64,000 nt of DNA, from positions 7,154 through 71,153 of the forward strand of contig CAIVQB010000143.1 in assembly GCA_903907925.1 (NCBI GenBank). Direction: 5' to 3'. Positions 60,345 to 64,000 of the stretch are shown here, piece by piece. A program made the position numbers and the translations under genes. A model generated the notes under the pieces. The model searched no databases and was not told the origin of the DNA. It saw only the letters and a list, made by a program, of their open reading frames with translations. The stretch is from an uncultured Verrucomicrobiota bacterium (GTDB lineage: Bacteria > Verrucomicrobiota > Verrucomicrobiia > Limisphaerales > UBA9464). Within the stretch, counting starts at the first letter, position 1, and every line of letters starts with the position of its first letter.

Positions 60345-60986
60345 ATGTACATCCCGTCCGCCTATGCCCCGGATCTTCCCGGCACCGCCGCCGCCGTGAT
60401 GGCCCGTTTTCCGTTCGCCACCCTGGTCAGTCAGGACAACGGCCACCTCTGCGCCACCCACGTGCCGCTGAGATTCGAAGCGAAGGCCGGAACCTACGGA
60501 TCCCTCTTCGGCCACGTCGCGCGCGCCAATCCCCAGGGGCTCATCCTCCAGCCCGACCGCGAAACACTCGCCATCTTCCACGGCCCGCACGCCTACGTTT
60601 CCCCGACGCTCTACGCCCAGCATCCGGCAGTTCCGACCTGGCATCACGTTACGGTTCATGCCACCGGATTCCCGCGAGTGCTGACCGATCCCGCCGAAAT
60701 TCTCCGGCACCTTGCCGCGCTGGTCGGTGATTTCGAGTCGGGGCCCAATTCCTGGTCGATGAACGGCATTCCGACCGAATACCTCGATCGCATGCTGGGC
60801 GGCATTGTGGCCTTCGAACTCGTCCTCTGTCGGATCGAAACCCAGTGCAAGCTGGGCCAGAAACGTTCCGACACCGACCGGACTCAGGTCGCTCAGGGGC
60901 TGCGCGCCACCGGAAACCCCATGGACGCCGCGGTCGCCGATTGGATGGAATCCTTTCCCTCAGCGCCGGCCCTTCTCCAACCATGA
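60345..60986 (+). CDS. paiB: FMN-binding negative transcriptional regulator PaiB family
   Basis: ATG at 60345 gives MYIPSAYAPD...FPFATLVS. HGPHAYVSPTLY and KLGQKRS are typical PaiB segments. Confidence 0.8.
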   Translation: MYIPSAYAPDLPGTAAAVMARFPFATLVSQDNGHLCATHVPLRFEAKAGTYGSLFGHVARANPQGLILQPDRETLAIFHGPHAYVSPTLYAQHPAVPTWHHVTVHATGFPRVLTDPAEILRHLAALVGDFESGPNSWSMNGIPTEYLDRMLGGIVAFELVLCRIETQCKLGQKRSDTDRTQVAQGLRATGNPMDAAVADWMESFPSAPALLQP

Positions 60987-61462
60987 ATCCCGACGCCTCA
61001 TCATTGGAATGGGAGCACGACGGCTTCCTGGTCTCCACCGATCCAGCCCGATTGGACGTCGCGGCGATTCACGCCTTCCTCTCGAGATCCTACTGGGCCG
61101 CCGGTATTCCGCTCGAAGTCCTCGAACGTTCGCTCCGAAACTCTCTGTGTTTCGGCCTGTATACGCCCGGTTCTCTGCTTCGGCCGCAGATCGGCCTCGC
61201 CCGGGTGGTGACCGATCGCGCGACCTTCGCCTATGTGTGCGACGTGTATGTCCTTTCGGAATATCGCGGTCGTGGCCTGGGCAAATGGCTGTTGTCGTGT
61301 TTCCAATCCCATCCTGATCTTCAGGGATTGCGGCGTTTCAATCTGGTGACCCGCGACGCCCATTCGCTCTACGCGCCGTTGGGATTCCGCCCGATCGCGC
61401 ACCCCGATCGCTACATGGAGAAACTGGACCCCGATGTTTACAAACGGGCCGCATCCGCGTGA
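60983..61462 (+). CDS. GNAT family N-acetyltransferase
   Basis: ATGA overlap with paiB. Acetyl-CoA binding motif VLSEYRGRGLGKWLL. 159 aa. Confidence 0.85.
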   Translation: MNPDASSLEWEHDGFLVSTDPARLDVAAIHAFLSRSYWAAGIPLEVLERSLRNSLCFGLYTPGSLLRPQIGLARVVTDRATFAYVCDVYVLSEYRGRGLGKWLLSCFQSHPDLQGLRRFNLVTRDAHSLYAPLGFRPIAHPDRYMEKLDPDVYKRAASA

Positions 61463-61508
61463 ACTCCCTCCCCATTCGCATCATGCGCACGTTTCCCAAT
61501 CCTGTTCG
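61432..61508 (+). repeat. 77-bp direct repeat, copy 1 (GNAT 3' end plus a truncated argC start)
   Basis: Matches 61968-62044 except for two substitutions and a fully different 18-nt central spacer. Contains a pseudo-start, ATG 61483, giving MRTFPNPVRHDRR-stop. Confidence 0.85.
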
Positions 61509-61542
61509 GCACGACCGTCGATAAAACCAGGTTGAGCACCGA

Positions 61543-61830
61543 CTACTTCGGTCGAATGATGCCTATACCGCTTTTCGCAAATTGGATCGACAGAGCGACG
61601 TACACAAAAGCGATGCCAGCCCAAGCATAATAAGCGGCATCGTGCTTTCTTTTTTCGGCCAGCGTCACGTAAACCGTCTTGTTATAGAATCCCTCGATTG
61701 GGACCGTTCGATTTTCCCTTACTTGCGGAACACTCGGCATGTTACGAGTGTAATACTCAGTTAATGAATTGGCGTACCAATAGATTCCGAAAAACAATAC
61801 AACCAACGATATTAACAGATATCTTTTCAT
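61543..61830 (-). CDS. Small two-TM membrane protein (low-GC ORFan) inside the inserted segment
   Basis: 95 aa. Hydrophobic helices at both ends (YLLISLVVLFFGIYWY and AAYYAWAGIAFVYVALSIQF). Local GC is ~40-50% by hand count. Confidence 0.55.
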   Translation of the reverse strand: MKRYLLISLVVLFFGIYWYANSLTEYYTRNMPSVPQVRENRTVPIEGFYNKTVYVTLAEKRKHDAAYYAWAGIAFVYVALSIQFAKSGIGIIRPK

Positions 61831-61967
61831 TGCGGCCAGTTACCAAACGACGCATTCGATCTTCCAAATCCGCCACCGGGCCTCGCGTCAGCAGTGAACC
61901 CTCCCTAATCGTTCTTGGCAACACGGACCCCGGGCCACGAATCCTGCCAATCGGACGAGCAGAAGCT

Positions 61968-62044
61968 CGATGTTTACAAACGGACCGCATCCGCGTGAAC
62001 TGAACCGCCTTTCGAAACATGCGCACGTTCCCCAATCCTGTTCG
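61968..62044 (+). repeat. 77-bp direct repeat, copy 2 (GNAT 3' remnant plus the genuine argC start)
   Basis: See copy 1. Here the ATG at 62019 continues into full-length argC. Confidence 0.85.
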
Positions 62045-63092
62045 CGTCGCCATCGTCGGAGCCTCCGGGTATTCCGGCGAGGAACTGGTCCGGCTGCTGT
62101 TGAATCATCCCCACGCCCGGCTCGTGGCCGTGACCTCGCGGCAATACGCCGGACAGCCCCTGGCACAGATTTTCCCGCGCTTCGCCAGTCACCCCTTGTC
62201 GCGCACGCTGCGGTTCACCGAACCCAACGCCGAAACGCTCGCACGCGAGGCCAACGTGGTCTTCCTCGCCCTGCCGCACGGCGTTGCTGCTGAATTCGCC
62301 ATCCCATTGATCGCCGCCGGCGCGGTGGTCATTGATCTCAGCGCCGATTTCCGCCTGCGCAGCGCAGCGGTGTACCAGGAATTCTACGCTCACGAACATC
62401 CGGCACCCCACCTTCTGGCACAGGCCGTGTACGGTCTTCCCGAGGTCTATCGCGATCGCATCCGCGAATCGTCGCTGATCGCTTCGCCCGGATGCTATCC
62501 AACGAGCATCCTTCTCCCCACCCTGCCCTTGTTGAAAGCCGGTCTCATCAAGTCCTCCGGAATCATCGCCGATTCCATGAGCGGCGTGAGTGGTGCGGGT
62601 CGGAAAGCGGAACTGGATTATCTCTTCTGCGAATGCAACGAAAGCGTCCGGCCCTACGGCGTTCCCAAGCACCGACATCTTTCCGAAATCGAACAGGAAC
62701 TGGCGATCGCCGCCGGTGAACCGGTCACGATCCAATTCACGCCCCATCTGATTCCGGTGAATCGCGGCATCCTGACCACGTTGTACCTGGCCCCCACCCG
62801 GCATTTCAGTGACCCAGCCTCGACGGCGGCGCTCCACGACGACATCGCGGCTTGTTACCGTGCAGCCTATTCCAACGAACCGTTCGTCCGCGTACTCGAA
62901 GGAAAATCACTGCCCGACACCAAAAACGTCGTCGGCACCAACACGCTGGAACTCGCCTGGCGACTGGATCCCCGCACTGGACGTCTCCTGGTTATGAGTG
63001 CCGAGGATAACATCGTCAAAGGCGCCAGCGGTCAGGCCGTGCAAAGCCTGAACATCGTGTGTGGTTTTCCGGAGACGGCGGGATTGGTCTGA
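62019..63092 (+). CDS. argC: N-acetyl-gamma-glutamyl-phosphate reductase
   Basis: VAIVGASGYSGEELVRLL, catalytic-Cys context SPGCYPTS, and C-terminus DNIVKGASGQAVQSLN. 357 aa. Confidence 0.93.
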   Translation: MRTFPNPVRVAIVGASGYSGEELVRLLLNHPHARLVAVTSRQYAGQPLAQIFPRFASHPLSRTLRFTEPNAETLAREANVVFLALPHGVAAEFAIPLIAAGAVVIDLSADFRLRSAAVYQEFYAHEHPAPHLLAQAVYGLPEVYRDRIRESSLIASPGCYPTSILLPTLPLLKAGLIKSSGIIADSMSGVSGAGRKAELDYLFCECNESVRPYGVPKHRHLSEIEQELAIAAGEPVTIQFTPHLIPVNRGILTTLYLAPTRHFSDPASTAALHDDIAACYRAAYSNEPFVRVLEGKSLPDTKNVVGTNTLELAWRLDPRTGRLLVMSAEDNIVKGASGQAVQSLNIVCGFPETAGLV

Positions 63093-63206
63093 GTCGAATC
63101 CCTGCCGTTGAAACCGCTTCAGAAGAATCTTGGCCGATTTCCGCGGTGTATTTGAATCAAAAGCGAGGCCGGATGACGGGCACGTGTCAGTGACCGTGGA
63201 GCGCCG

Positions 63207-63268
63207 CCTCTCCCCATCCCTCCCCTCCATTCCGAATGAAGGGGAGGGTGCCCGTAGGGCGGGAGAGG
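63207..63268. other. Nested GC-rich hairpin between convergent argC and rsmE
   Basis: CCTCTCCC (63207-63214) pairs with GGGAGAGG (63261-63268). The inner CCCTCCCCT (63218-63226) pairs with AGGGGAGGG (63240-63248). No T-run. Confidence 0.5.
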
Positions 63269-63331
63269 TGGAGCCCCACTTCGATGCATCGCCGCTTCAA
63301 AACACGTTCCAAAGTGCGGCCGGACTCCAGT

Positions 63332-64000
63332 TCAACCCGCGGTCAACTCGTGTTGAACCACTGCGACGAATGCCGCGACGGCCGTTTCCACACGGAGCAC
63401 CAGCGGTCCAAGGGTGATCGATTGCGCCCCGGCGGCGCGAAATGCCGCATATTCCGCAGCTGAAAAATCGCCTTCCGGTCCGACCAGAATTCCCACCGAA
63501 ACCGGCTTCCGACCGTGTTGGGCTACGAAGGCGTCAAACACCGCACGCGGATGCTGGGGCGGATCGATCAACGAACCGATCAGCAGCAAATCAAAGGATT
63601 CCCTCCGCTGCAGCCAGTGCGCGGGTGTCAGCGGTTCTTCGATCTTGGTGAGCCAGGGATTGCCACATTGCTTCGCGGCCTCGATGGCGAGGGTTTGCCA
63701 TTTCGCCTGTTTATCGCCGGGAGCGTCGGGTTGGCTGACGCAATGGGCGGCCATCAACGGAACCGCCCGTGCCACACCCAGTTCGACCGCCTTTTGCAAC
63801 AGGCCGTCCATTGCCTTGGTCTTGGCGACGGCTTGAATCAGGGTGATCTCCGCCGTTCGCCGTGGATGCCGCCGACGCTGTTGAATCGTCACCGATACTT
63901 CGCGGCGTCCGCACGATTCCACCACACCGCCGAGTTCACCTCCCGCGCCGTCGAGGATCACGACCGGATCGCCGGGTTGCAACCGAAGCACTCGGGCCGC
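63332..64000 (-). CDS. rsmE: 16S rRNA (uracil1498-N3)-methyltransferase RsmE (5' end outside window)
   Basis: VLRLQPGDPVVILDGAGG near the N-terminus and ILVGPEGDFSAAE...ITLGPLVLRVETA at the C-terminus. The frame stays open to base 64000. Confidence 0.85.
   Translation of the reverse strand, partial: AARVLRLQPGDPVVILDGAGGELGGVVESCGRREVSVTIQQRRRHPRRTAEITLIQAVAKTKAMDGLLQKAVELGVARAVPLMAAHCVSQPDAPGDKQAKWQTLAIEAAKQCGNPWLTKIEEPLTPAHWLQRRESFDLLLIGSLIDPPQHPRAVFDAFVAQHGRKPVSVGILVGPEGDFSAAEYAAFRAAGAQSITLGPLVLRVETAVAAFVAVVQHELTAG

Overview
This is a high-GC (roughly 60-65% by eye) bacterial chromosomal window, densely coding with about 50 CDS. I found no rRNA, tRNA or CRISPR array. The gene content suggests a Verrucomicrobiota/Planctomycetota-like organism, but that is inference only: a MoxR-DUF58-BatA-E aerotolerance-type operon, a PmoA-like DUF6807 protein next to a Gfo/Idh/MocA oxidoreductase, PD40 and HEAT repeat proteins, and a K/A/P-rich RpoD N-terminus.

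Most of the window is ordinary housekeeping:
- hrpB and a short Ppx/GppA
- two secreted amidohydrolases, yajQ and a GlcF-like Fe-S protein
- a translationally coupled recC-recB-recD operon
- rpoD, an FKBP isomerase and rdgB
- the eight-gene moxR/bat operon
- pyrD, agmatine deiminase and a CPBP-thiL-tsaE-tsaB-ykgJ operon
- rplM-rpsI, paiB, a GNAT gene, argC and rsmE (3' part; its 5' end lies past base 64000)

I found no recognisable defence, toxin or secretion system, and I cannot claim a new multi-gene system. The signals most worth a second look are at DNA level:
1. A 459-bp low-GC insertion carries a 95-aa two-TM ORF. It is bracketed by 77-bp direct copies of the GNAT-3'/argC-5' junction whose 18-nt spacers differ completely.
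2. Two ~300-bp MITE-like, hairpin-rich elements with ~29-bp terminal inverted repeats flank a HEAT-repeat gene.
3. A 280-bp imperfect palindromic element lies upstream of a TPR gene.
4. A ~745-aa protein with an EF-hand and C-terminal TM segments has its ATG separated from the body of the ORF by a T8 tract (apparent +1 frameshift).
5. The Ppx/GppA ATPase module and a Ppx-type HD domain are encoded 3.2 kb apart, around a low-GC ORFan and the amidohydrolase pair.
6. Several short dispersed repeat families sit in intergenic regions.

The many long antisense ORFs in the track are treated as high-GC artefacts.
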